Shown in pieces: positions 53,171 to 64,000 of a stretch of DNA of 64,000 nt. Below the pieces are notes generated by a model that saw only the letters and a list, made by a program, of their open reading frames with translations, had not been told where the DNA came from and did not search any database. The stretch's first letter is position 1. Each line of letters opens with the position of its first letter. The stretch covers positions 28,706,001-28,770,000 of the forward strand of contig NC_135763.1 in assembly GCF_052425735.1 (NCBI RefSeq), given 5' to 3'. Source of the DNA: Oculina patagonica. Lineage: Eukaryota. The translations under genes and the position numbers were made by a program.

Positions 53171-56100
53171 CACGCAAAAAAAGAACGAGGCCAATATCCT
53201 GCCATCTTGACCGAACAAGCTTGGTCAATAAAGGATTTATTATATGACTTTTTTCGAGCACTGAAAAGGAAGCCAGTTGCATGCACAATCAATGGCGCGC
53301 GCTAAAATCATTTCATTGGTTTAAAAGTTTAATGAGTGACTGTCAAATTCTTGAATGAATCGAGACGAAGAAACACGATGCGACAACATCGAAATTTAGT
53401 TCTTTTTAACCAGCAAAAGGATATCGAAATTGCTTAAATTTTCGAATCAACGTTGACTTTGAAGCCTTGAAACAAGAATGTCCATTCCATCTGGCCACCA
53501 GCTTTTGAGTATTGGATGTTTTGCAGAGTATTTGCTCGCTTCTGGCGCTTTTATAGTTGTGCAAACCTGCCGCGACACGAGCTGAAATTGTGAATTGTTG
53601 AAAGCGTTTGGGACTTTCCACTTCACAGGAAAAGCTTGAACTTTTCTACATCATTAATTTAAATGTTCGACCCACCCATTATTCGACGTGAGCGTTTATA
53701 GAGGCTTCGGTGAAAAGATGTTAAGCTTGCAGTGCCTGGTGCGCCGTGCCGTCCGCTTTATGCAGTTTTGAAGATGTTACACAAGTTTGCCGAGTACTTC
53801 TTCAGGTATGCAACTGTCCTCAGTCTCTCCCTTTTCCGCCAAACAAAACTGATATCATGTCTTGAAGTCGCTTTGCGAATTAATTTTTGTATTAGCCGGT
53901 TTTTGCGGCAAATAAAATTCACGAAACTCGTTAACATTTTGTAGTTTAATTTGTTTGCTTTCATTCGCTTTAAAACCTATTTCTTTGTTATCGGACTTCC
54001 TTTCGCTAGAAACAGACAGAAAATCTTTGTGTTGTTTCGGAAAATAGCTTCATAGCGAAAAAATTACAACGAAAAGCTTTTTCAAGTAGCGTCGGAAAAA
54101 AGTTTTTCGCTTGCGGGAGCACAGCGGGCGATCCCGAGCGGTCAAGATGGCTCCATCTTGACCGCTCGGGTAGCCAATCAGAGCACGAATTTCGCTTCAT
54201 CTTGACCGCTCACGGAGCTAGTCATATAATAAATTACCATACTCAAAAACGAAAGAAAATAAAATTTAAACCAAAGATAAGATTGAACCACAACATTCAT
54301 CTGCCGCATTAATTATAATTGTAGTTCTTGTGAAGAAATTATTCAACATGACACGAGCCCCCGACGGGAATAGAACCCATGGCCTCCCAGATACCGGTTG
54401 GGCGCTCTAAGCAACTGAGCTACGAGAGACTCGCTGTGAGTTTTTTTGTTAAAATGACTTGTGTTTCCAAACAGGACTAAAACATTTAAAAGGTTAACTA
54501 CTTTATTTCTTCTGTATATACCCTAACTGATCAATATACATGTATGATTAGAAATGAGCCCCCCCCCCCCTCCAACCCATAAGAACTTAAATAAAAATAT
54601 ATTATATTACAATACTGTATAAGGCTCATTTTTCTGTTTATGCTATTTAGCTTCAACAATGCACAGCACATTAATTTACAAACCTTCAATTGTTTCAGAA
54701 AGACAGAGCAGAGCAGCAGGTGAGCCATGGTACAAAGGATTGCTAATAATAAAAACAACATTAAATTAATATAAATTCTTATTAAATAAATAAATGTGCT
54801 GCTCTAAAGAGTTTGAACCTGGTGATTTTTTGTGTCCTTTGCCAGGCCAAGACACAAGTTGAGAAATTAGAAAAATATTTGATTAGTAACCTTTGTAAGT
54901 AATAATTAGAGCAGTTTTAAATTGAGTGTCGTAAAACGTGCGCGAGCGAGTCAGGATTGGTTTTGGTTTTACTTTTGATTTTCTGAAAAGTGGCGAGAGA
55001 GTTTTAAACCAATCACTAAGCGTAGTCATGCAAAACCAAAGCAAACACAAATTACTTTCGACACTCAAGTGAAAACCGCTCTATAAATTAATAAATACTC
55101 TAGGGTGTGTCTCTCTCCAAGTGTATAAAGTGGCAATGGCACATAGCTTACATGTAGCAACTCTGATTACTCAAAATGTGTGGTTCCAGAAAATGTCCAT
55201 ACTCCCCCACAGAATGGATTGGAAATTCCTGGGGGTGGGGTGTTTCAGAGGGGTGGGGGGATTTATGAAAAATCCCTTCAGTGGGGGAGGTATGGATCAT
55301 TTATGAAACTACACAATGTATTAAAGACAACAATGATATGGCTATGCAGTATAACATACCTTTTTGGTGCAGGTTCTCGTGTAGTTGTTTCATATAATTC
55401 AGAGACTCTGTCGAAAATTCTTATTAGAGTCCAGCCACATCCAATACTCTGACCATTCACTGTTATTAACAAAAATTTAAATAAATGTAAAGTGGAATGG
55501 TGACTTGGATAAAGTGAAAATAAATGAAGAAGCGTTCTCAAGTCGAATACTCGGAAAAAGATTTTCCGAGTTCCCCCAACGGGAGTCGAACCCATGACCT
55601 TCCAGCATACCGGTTGGACGCTCTAACCACTGAGCTATGGGAGACTCGTGGTGAGTGAGGTCATATACTGGGTTCTTATGTGAGACACATGTCCTGCCAA
55701 CTGCAGGCTCAATATGTCGAAATTCACATTTATCATTTCGACATATTGAGCCTTGCAGTTAGCAGGACATGTGTCACACATAAGAACTCAGTATATGACC
55801 TCACTCACCACGAGTCTCCCATAGCTCAGTGGTTAGAGCGTCCAACCGATATTCTGGAAATCTTTTTTCCTAGTATTCGACTTGAGAACGCTTCTTCATA
55901 TATTTAAAAATTTAAATAATTAATTAGTACAATAAATCTTAACTTAAATAATCAGTCTACCAATCACACATGGGTTCACACATGTGTTTCCTTGCATTTG
56001 CGTTTGTGTCACACGTGTGAGACAGATTTAACGCAAGTGCCAGCGCAAGCAAGTTAAAAGTGACTTGTCCGCCATTTATTGGGTAAAAAGACTTCAAGTG

Positions 56101-59072
56101 CTACTGTGATCAAATTTTCACCTCTTGATATTTTAGTCGTTTTATGGAGATTTTAACGAAAGATTCAAAGTGGCGTTTTCTGTTTTCAAATATCTATATT
56201 AGTTCCGGAGATATTCAAGCTTAAAAAAATCGCAAAATATGCAAATTAGGAGACTGATGACGTCATCTACTCAACCCAATTTTATGTTAAGTACAAAAAT
56301 TGAATTATCTCAGTCATTTTTTTTGCAGAGACCAATGAAACTCGGCAGACTAATAGTTCTACAGAAAACACACTTTCAGTTGGAATAAAATTACGTTACC
56401 ATGGCAACCCACTCTTTTCCAGTCCCCTGCAATTTATTTTTAATATTTTATTTTTTTTAGTTCGGAAAAATGTAACCCAGCCAAGACGACTGCCAAATTC
56501 TTTCATATGCTTACCAAATCACCCATGTAAAGCATTATTGGCAAATATCAAAAAAGAATGCTAGAATCTGCCAGAAAAGCTTTTAGCATCCAGGGGATCT
56601 GGAACCTAGTATGTCACCATGGTAACCAAATTGTTAATTTCAAATTGTGAAACACAACTCTCAGAAGGTTACTGCAAAAAATCAGAGACTTCTTATGTTT
56701 CCTGTAATTGCGTTGTACATCTGAACGTCGCTTTGCTTTGCGTCACATGCGTGAACAAGGCTTAAATGTAGATGTACCGTATTTACTCGAATAAGCACCG
56801 CATTTGGGGTTAAAAAGTTAATAAGCGCCGCAGTCCCAATGCGGTGCCTATTTTAAGAATTTTGTTTAACTTACAACGGCCATACAAAGCAACTCTAAAA
56901 CAAGCTTGAACATTTCTTTGCATCAAAAGCGATGTTTTACAGTTATGAGTGATTGTTTCATCGCTCTCCCATTAGTTTTTCTATTCAACACTCTTACAAT
57001 ACATAGTTCTGTAAATGTTGTGAAGGCCGCAAACCTTGCCACGACAGCTAGCGCCACTTCTGTCTCAGCAAGAGACAAATACTGACAATCAAAAGACGCT
57101 CTTTTCAATAACTGTAAAAGATAAGATTCTTTGTGGCATCCAAATTTTAAATAAGTGCCGCCCTCAAACAAGCGCCGCCCTCGAATAAGCACCGCACTTA
57201 AGGCGCGAAAAATCAAAGCAAATCTTTTATTACAAACTGAGTGACTTCCTTACCTTCCCCTATAACTTCAACTACCCCAACACATGTGATGTCATGCAAG
57301 GACGAGTAGAAATAAACAGCCTGTTTTTAATGGAAAAAAAAAACAGTTATCGCCATATTTCTCTATACACAGTAGCATATAACTGTATTTTAAATGAATT
57401 AACTGCATTTTGTTTTAAATTTTATTTCCATGCACAGATCATCTCTGATCAAGATATTCCAAAAGATTCAATCTTGAGTAAAGCAGAGTCAAGACACAAG
57501 ACAATAAGCATACATTTAATACAGAATACAATTACATGTATTACAAAGAAAGATCAGGCTAGAGAGAAAAGCCATGCGACAAGGAACGACACATTGGCTA
57601 TTCAAATTAAAGAAGCATGAACTGTAACAAGGAAAAAGTAAAATGAATGAAGAAAATTATTCGGAAAATAAGATTTCTGAGTTTCCACTGGGGACTTCAG
57701 GCATTTCTTTCCTGTCATGGTAATTTGACTTGACAACGCTTCTTTGTTTATTTTAGAAGAAAACATTGTCCAACTACTGCCGGAATTAGCTTGGCACACC
57801 AGGCTCAAAATCAAATATAGTTTTCTTACATACCTCGTCACAAACAACCTTGTGTCTGCCATTTTCTTTTCCACTGCTGGGAAAATATGGCCCTAGCCAC
57901 GTGCTTCCAAAAAAGCATTTATTAGCAGCATCATACAGTGTTAATCGCAATTGGAATTCTACATCCTGGGAGTTGGCATCCTATGAAAATACATGGTAAT
58001 CAAACGTTTACAACTTCATCATCAAATAAATAATCATGGTTGCCACAGACATCAGTTTTTAAAATTCTTTGACTTTTCCCTGACAAAAATTTATATTTCC
58101 CTGACCAAATAAATACAAAACATCAGACAATAGCAGCAGCCTCCAGTCTTAAAAAAAACATAACTGAGATTACATTGACCTGAACTTTTCCTTCCAGCTT
58201 GAGTGCGTTAAATTAGCGGTGTTATAACTTCAAGTTTCCCTGACATTTCTTCCAAACATCGATTTTCTCTTACTCAAAATAAAATTCCCGGAAGTTCAAT
58301 AATTTTATTTCCCTGACCATTTCCTCATTTGTGGCAGCCCAATGGACACCAGCTAAACATTTTAAAGAGCACCACTCGCATAGCTGGCAATATCCCTATA
58401 TCACAACTATAAGTCTTGATGACTCTCATTCTCATTTAGCCAAGGAGTTGTAGGTTTGATGGTTTTAAAGACAACTTCTTTAGCACCTTTGGTTCAGTTA
58501 TTTGTATTGATCCCCACCCTACCCCACTACAGCTGATTACCCCACCCCACTATAGCAGATAGTTCGCTCATTTATTGCAAGTGATTAAGTTATAAGTTTG
58601 TTGTTGGTTAAAAAATTTCAGACCAGTTTGATTTGCATTTTCTGGTGTCTTGTATTCATAATCATCATATAAAGCAAATGCAAACAAAATCAAACTAGTT
58701 ATAAATTTTCAAACCAATAACAAAATACATCATGATGTTGAATGAAATGATGCTGATGACCATTTTCTTAAAAACTTAGCACAATCATCCATGCATCAAC
58801 TTTAATTTTATATACCAAGTAGACAAAATGGGGCATACATGTAAATAACTTACTGACCAAAAAAATTAAATAAGCTTCTTTAGCTATGGCTAGGACAACC
58901 AACTTACAAATGCTTGCGGTAAAGGGACTCCGATCACAGACTTGAATAAAAGACGGAATGGAGCGTTAGGCTTTGTTTGCGATGCTGACTTCCTCCTGCT
59001 TGGGTGGACTGGAATAAGACGATTATTTTCGAAGAATTCTGGCCAATTTTCCTCATGGTCCTCGTCCGCCAT
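10213..59072 (-). CDS. NPHP4: Nephrocystin-4 (ciliary transition-zone protein), 38 coding exons, 1415 aa
   Basis: Hand-assembled exons in transcript order: 58908-59072, 57834-57980, 57254-57320, 55360-55459, 54684-54742, 47375-47527, 46756-46823, 46140-46220, 45970-46026, 45766-45883, 45108-45250, 43769-43960, 42622-42872, 29013-29061, 28220-28341, 27816-28007, 25669-25734, 25373-25475, 25058-25201, 23439-23540, 22947-23058, 22605-22682, 21078-21213, 20391-20457, 20198-20256, 19386-19553, 18857-18915, 18436-18566, 18252-18341, 17378-17534, 16232-16317, 15763-15848, 15599-15658, 14613-14724, 13636-13747, 11619-11737, 10740-10835, 10213-10353. All phases match; total 4248 nt. Recognisable NPHP4 peptides: [62 protein letters not shown]-terminal [22 protein letters not shown]. 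Confidence 0.93.
13914..14101. mobile_element. Palindromic MITE
   Basis: AATAGGCCATTTCCGAGTTACCCTTTGCCTC ... GAGGCAAAGGGTAACTCGAAAATAACTTATT. Confidence 0.7.
16916..17139. mobile_element. MITE with AGCGACC termini (PHIS-like)
   Basis: AGCGACCTTCAGATTTGACTACGAGTAC / GTACTCGTAGTCAAATCTGAAGGTCGCT. Confidence 0.75.
23843..24093. mobile_element. hAT-like MITE; related copy at about 61505-61702
   Basis: CAGTGCTGGAAAT / ATTTCCAGCACTG termini with GTCCGA/TCGGAC internal motifs. Confidence 0.65.
24370..25012 (-). mobile_element. tRNA-derived SINE interrupted by a CR1/L2-like LINE 3' fragment (about 24531-24892, + strand)
   Basis: The SINE core GGGTTACCC..CATTAAATT..CCCATTTATTCAT|CTGGGTGGAGAGAGGCACTGTGA is split by an insert ending in (AATA)n, with ATTCAT duplicated. 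Confidence 0.6.
25790..27765 (+). repeat. Degenerate (GGAA/GGAT/GGGA)n polypurine tract with many N gaps
   Basis: Directly visible. The long ORFs over it are artefacts. Confidence 0.95.
29319..30591. mobile_element. Unclassified ~1.27-kb insertion with hairpin termini and an 11-bp flanking direct repeat
   Basis: TCTTCAACCTC at 29308-29318 and 30592-30602. Ends are TTTACTACG-CCCC-CGTAGTAAA and GAAGAGGTTT-AA-AAACCTCTTC. Confidence 0.55.
32468..32586. repeat. Hairpin H1: 47-bp arms, 25-nt loop
   Basis: 32468-32514 is the reverse complement of 32540-32586 with 2 mismatches. Confidence 0.9.
32753..32915. repeat. Hairpin H2: 57-bp arms; loop is a copy of the glycosyltransferase-1 start region
   Basis: 32753-32809 pairs with 32859-32915 (2 mismatches). 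32809-32859 is identical to 33740-33790. Confidence 0.92.
33608..33770. repeat. Hairpin H3: 77-bp arms, 9-nt loop, ending 10 nt before ATG 33781
   Basis: 33608-33684 pairs with 33694-33770 (4 mismatches). Confidence 0.92.
33781..35166 (+). CDS. Intronless GREB1-C/TAGT-like glycosyltransferase paralogue 1 (461 aa), nested antisense in NPHP4 intron 13
   Basis: Long ORF with good start context (ACAATGG). Motifs [57 protein letters not shown] follow the order of the GREB1 C-terminal/TAGT fold as I recall it (PIFxPxxGR, HVLVVKxxE, GVGAA, xDDS, EDxxF). Confidence 0.8.
   Translation: MASGCVYETDPNDPSDESSEEPETGVLNKDFAALAISPRQDGESRISNGEWMSDHPWQSCKPDPNLEMKDFVAISASYKLDDDWIKCQGRRQVVDLSKIFSNLPIFMQLEMQGSINGSRQELEQLVVKKHENFESPHTREIAVKNVLILTSFQKDKKSLPDDRRLKATSASSDDDYVGAIYNIDCEYMLQMNVAESMIPWFDIQQCDTFYPPMIRKISYPNKEKRWIFIPSFRRANIALTDWPEDDVVTPESTIRVLVVRPSEFDKYVKRCGRSFPIICLPQDEIGAGYARYWIQKIALRLKLQFIWMIDDSVECFYEYHPTVEPPLGENKDGKRRPSYKDHRRRKFGLVFKRIEDFVKEADDSETPIAAMSPRRWNPLCRPKQPFVCKPPQAAVYLNLRALKKKNVYYRPELKTLEDMIFGYECEKKGLKVFMDNRILLKDHKWKDTGARSPSVKDKWNK
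35815..36105 (+). mobile_element. tRNA-derived SINE
   Basis: GGGTTCAAGCC B-box-like motif followed by TGTGTTCTTAGGCAAGACACTTAACTCTCTCAGTGCCTCTCTCCACCCAGGTGTATAAATGGGTAC. Same family as 24370-25012. Confidence 0.7.
38853..38973 (-). ncRNA. 5S rRNA-like sequence (variant, pseudogene or SINE3 head)
   Basis: Reverse complement GACTGCTACCATA...GGTTCTCTTCTGATCGCCAAAGTTAAGC...GGTTAGTTTTTGGATGGGTGACC...GTTGTGGGTTT. About 120 nt, box A/box C-like motifs, followed by a T5 run. Confidence 0.7.
39072..39190 (+). ncRNA. 5S rRNA-like sequence (variant, pseudogene or SINE3 head)
   Basis: ATACCACATGGAAAGTAGCGGTTCTCATCTGATCGCCAAAGTTAAGC...GGTTAGTATTTGGATGGGTGACC...GTTGTAGGTTT is colinear with metazoan 5S rRNA; the 5' end is diverged. 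Confidence 0.7.
39625..41190 (+). CDS. Intronless GREB1-C/TAGT-like glycosyltransferase paralogue 2 (521 aa from ATG 39625)
   Basis: The first ATG of the 39559-41190 ORF is at 39625 ([10 protein letters not shown]). Shares [53 protein letters not shown] and DTGARSPSV with paralogue 1. AATAAA near 41260. Confidence 0.8.
   Translation: MSSEELTEPGTSAESSDEEGLVQKFGNVSISGSSTEEESSKANQQEDLERTPEQKNVTTKRESGPVRRGLAYPDVSSEEKIGSAEKDDGTWLLEHPWDKGKDAHPDRINKSKVYTVKEEWMTGDKIDLKKIYARLPEFIRQMKGKTCNQELERLLHVDEQNVTIENGCVCIKNLKLEAINCTPHIQEIVHKKTNVPPNDQGSNRPDGDKSFKAFSLAETQQNNQPSEENYWRLDCEYMLTMYLPDNSSQWFDIHDQVEKRIRAINSEKSDKRWIFIPSFRRAQIALLDWPEDEFVTPDSTLRILVVRPSEFEEYVNYCGHMFPVISLPQDEIGAGYPRLWIQKIALRLKLDFIWMIDDSVECFYEYHPKMAPPERDDGTKNYTDYRRRRFGLVFERIEKFVKETKDENLPITAMSEKLVKETKDKNPPIAAMSPKRFMGGTKLEEPFVCKPPRIAVFLNIAALKSKEVYYRPELQALEDMIFGYECEKNGLKVFIDNRVHLQDKKWTDTGARSPSVQQKQA
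42421..42599. mobile_element. Tc1/mariner-type MITE (TA TSD)
   Basis: TA-CAGTTGAATCCCGATAACTCGAAC ... GTTCGAGTTATCGGGAGTCGACTC-TA. Confidence 0.75.
44218..45069 (+). mobile_element. 5'-truncated L1/Tx1-like LINE (ORF2 C-terminal zinc-finger region, 3'UTR, poly-A tail)
   Basis: [13 protein letters not shown]...[18 protein letters not shown] (zf-RVT-like). A-rich tail at 45056-45069. Flanked by an 85-bp direct repeat (44133-44217, 45070-45154). Confidence 0.85.
46939..47347. mobile_element. hAT-like MITE (AGGGCTCGAGA termini); sister copy at 61933-62420
   Basis: AGGGCTCGAGACTTAC / GTTAATCTCGAGTCCT. CTAGCC repeats are shared with the copy in the AP2M1 intron. Confidence 0.7.
48400..49113 (+). 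CDS. Transposon ORF2: Myb/SANT (trihelix)-like DNA-binding protein with coiled-coil, Q-rich C-terminus (237 aa)
   Basis: MKWT..D..F.RE...W..IA..LN...F....SVRDHY..L pattern, NLS-like PRKKKR, located inside the Harbinger TIRs. Confidence 0.8.
   Translation: MKWTADHDSVFVREIIAFTPWIKKHGSAERGEIWGRIADSLNSFESPQFRVTQRSVRDHYTLLERKHKKKVQEEERASGICPEESQLDRALEDIISQFKEADVEHDRISGEKKAKQEAEVSKAEEMRKMALETFKETQKRKESGDEQTTPRKKKRASGSDAIGFLKEKTEMEVKLKAEEMELKRKEFESRKQEQKEKEVQMMQMQQMQQQQLQLLLKQQEQQSAMMMALMEKFLNKP
49727..49784 (+). repeat. (TG)n microsatellite
   Basis: Directly visible. Confidence 0.95.
51524..52591 (-). CDS. Harbinger/IS5-type DDE transposase (355 aa)
   Basis: Motifs [42 protein letters not shown]. 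Catalytic D/D/E present and no internal stops. Confidence 0.93.
   Translation of the reverse strand: MPNIRDVLVLAYDCKPLDDIEFVLLYDLNRPKNPQLPYWSFDDFDLDELCDDECQTHFRFYRNDIYNLTEVLELPEQFKCYNGVIVDKVEAFCMFLKRFAYPCRYADMVPLFARPIPQLCMATNEVMNFIHSRWNYLLSTLNQPWLSRANLELFTNAIHEKGAGLRNCWGFVDGTVRAVSRPGKNQRVLYNGHKKVHSIKFQSVAAPNGLIANLYGPVEGKRHDSSMLMMSGLLTQLQQHSFNPNGDILCVYGDPAYPLRPQLQAPFKGARLTPDQLAWNESMSQVRVSVEWLFGDIVNYFKFLDFKKNLKIGLSAVGKMYLSCALIQNAHSCLYGSTTSEYFNVDPPTLEEYFI
53077..54232. mobile_element. Non-autonomous repeat with a ~155-bp palindromic end (53077-53231)
   Basis: TTATTGACCAAGCTTGTTCGGTCAAGATGG...CCATCTTGACCGAACAAGCTTGGTCAATAA. The same CATCTTGACCG motif recurs at 54140-54210 before ATATAATAA. Confidence 0.65.
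55484..55906. mobile_element. Foldback repeat with outward-facing tRNA-like halves
   Basis: Arms about 55524-55724 and 55734-55899. Contains TAGCTCAGTGGTTAGAGCG (A box) and GGTTCGACTCC (B box, minus strand). Flanked by an AAAATTTAAATAA direct repeat. Confidence 0.7.
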
Positions 59073-61888
<2,816 letters not shown>

Positions 61889-61932
61889 GTAATACAATTT
61901 TGTTTTCCTTTAAAAAACAAACTAACTAAGCT

Positions 61933-61934
61933 TC

Positions 61935-61967
<33 letters not shown>

Positions 61968-62420
61968 AAGGCTAGTAAAAATGCAGTTTTGGCTAGTAGG
62001 TTTTGGCCTTTCACTAGCCCAAATGGCTAGTGAAAAAATCAGGCATTAGTGGCAAGACACCGCATTTATTAAAATCGTCTCTCAGAGAATAACTTACTTG
62101 TAAGTAAACTGTTGAAATTATAGAATGTGAACCTTTAAGCAAAATTCTTGTTGACAAAAACGCATGTACATGTACAATTTTTATAGTGAAGAGCAAAGCC
62201 CAATTTTTTAAGGAATAAAACGTGAAGATTTAAGGAACATTTTACGGTTAAAGGTTTAAACATTATTGGACATTGTTTTCACCTCCCCCCCCCCCCCCCC
62301 CTTTAAAAGAAGAACTATGCTTAAAAATTGTAGCTGGTAGAAAATCAGTTTTGGCTAGTGAAATCAAAGCTTTCACCACCCACATGGCTAGTTAGCAAAA
62401 AAGTTAGTCTCGAGTCCTGG
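61933..62420. mobile_element. hAT-like MITE
   Basis: CCAGGGCTCGAGACTAAC / GTTAGTCTCGAGTCCTGG. Confidence 0.75.
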
Positions 62421-62913
62421 CTTCTTTTCAAGGATGGCAGTATGTTGATGATGACAACTATGCAGGAAGGACCAAACATTGGTATGACTGTCCTTACTAC
62501 GGTTGCTGAGACACTGGACTGTCCAATGCGTTTAGTGCTGTGTTTCTTTTGTTCTGTTTTCTAAAAATCTTGATGTTCCCCTAGGCTTCTTTATTCTCAG
62601 GAAAACAAACCTCAATAGACCAGTCATTACATGGTTTGCATAAATATGTTGTGGTTCAATTTTACATTCTTGGCAGCATGCAAAGAATGTAATGTAATGA
62701 AAGATCGAGCAGACATGGACTACTAAACCTTGTCTGCCCCCGATTCAAACGGGAGTCAGAAGGCGGAAGGTCTTTCACAGTATCGACTACACGCCTCTGG
62801 AATACTATACCCAGCATCATAAGGAACAAGCCTAGTTTAGTAAGTTTTAAGAAGGCTACGTTTGAATTTTTAAAAGATACATACAAACATTTAGATCATT
62901 TTACTTTTTAGTT

Positions 62914-63810
62914 ACCGTAAACACCCGCGGATAAGCCGCACCCGCAGATAAGCCGCACCCTGAGTTTAACAACTCAAATGTTGGAAAAAAAGTTTTTTGA
63001 AAGTAAATCAAAGAAAATCCAAAGTCGAGTCAAAAATCCAAAGTTGAGTCTTTAGGAAGTCTTCTTCATCGAACGTAAACTCAATGAACATTGAAACAGA
63101 AAAACTTCAGTCTTCCCACAATTTGAGCACTTTAATATAATGAAAACCAACTTTGACATATGGTTGATCTTTTTCTGGTATATGTTGACAGGTATTTCTT
63201 CATTCAACGCAGTTTTTCCGTAGATTTTTGTGTCACAACAACAAGAACTTGCGTTTGCCGAACGTTCGTAGCTTAGTAACCAGGCATTTGATCGGACGCG
63301 AAATATGGGACTAGGGCGGCCGACTAGGGCGAGAACGTAAAGCAAAACAAGATGGCGATGGAGGCGTTCGGGTTTCGTGGCTATCATATCGACAAATTAA
63401 AGAGATTTGGGAGCCATCTATTGGATATAAACTCGTTGCATGAAGAGAGTTTCGTAATCAGTTCGACAAATTTTCTATCAAAGTGCAAAATGAGAAAGAA
63501 ACAATTGGCCATCTTACTCGTGAATACTCGTGGTATTTTCTCGCTCGTAAAGTATCAAATATTACTGTTAAAGTTATAGGCCATTGTCGACACTGCAAAC
63601 AGTATAGGAGCTGTCAAACTTGCAAAAGCAATGACCGGTACTCTCTTGTAGTTTTATGTTTTATTAATTTACATAATTTTCCATAAATTAGCATCAGTTC
63701 ACGAAAATTTACGGCACATTTTCTGAATGTTCCCGCAGATAAGCCGCACCCCCGCTTTCGAGCGAAAATTTTTGGAAAAAAGGTGCGGCTTATCTGCGGG
63801 TTTTTACGAT
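62914..63810. mobile_element. pogo/Tc1-like non-autonomous element inserted in a CR1/L2-like LINE tail
   Basis: TA-CCGTAAACACCCGCGGATAAGCCGCACC ... GGTGCGGCTTATCTGCGGGTTTTTACGA-TA. The flanking sequence resembles a LINE ORF2 end and 3'UTR. Confidence 0.7.
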
Positions 63811-64000
63811 ATTTCTTTTATATCAATTTCGTCATTTTAGAGTAATTTTTACCTAGTTTTTATATTATAGTGTATTTTTAACTAAATTTTGTAATTTTAG
63901 ATTGTTAGATTTCTAGCATTATTTTTAGTTCTTGATTGTATTTTATATTAGAGGGCCACTGGTTTGTCAGTTTTTTACTGTTATGCGTTTACCCTCTATA

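Noticed and set aside
53018-53305. Mirror-image ORFs [14 protein letters not shown]... on both strands
   Set aside because: An artefact of the palindromic repeat end.
55560-55850. Possible tRNA genes
   Set aside because: A- and B-box-like segments sit inside a palindromic repeat and one copy is internally deleted, so I treat them as tRNA-derived repeat.

Overview
AT-rich, intron-rich animal genomic DNA. The SINE/MITE repertoire resembles that of stony corals or other anthozoans (inference). Most of the window is one minus-strand gene, NPHP4 (nephrocystin-4). I assembled it by hand into 38 coding exons (59072->10213, 1415 aa); every splice phase is consistent and one intron is GC-AG. It lies head-to-head with the first three exons of AP2M1. 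Downstream is a 5-exon gene for a 217-aa acidic protein whose repeat motif is split by an intron at the same position each time. The most unusual part is NPHP4 intron 13 (29062-42621, 13.6 kb). It holds two intronless, antisense-nested paralogues encoding stand-alone GREB1-C/TET-associated glycosyltransferase (TAGT)-like domains, the family that includes the kinetoplastid base-J glucosyltransferase. Each start codon sits directly behind a long palindrome. One upstream hairpin has a loop that is an exact 51-bp copy of gene 1's translation start, and the foldback before gene 2 encloses two divergent 5S-rRNA-like units. Also present are an apparently intact two-ORF PIF/Harbinger-superfamily transposon inside nested MITEs, a LINE fragment whose 85-bp target duplication copied an NPHP4 splice donor, and many non-autonomous elements. 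All calls are by eye; no database searches were run.
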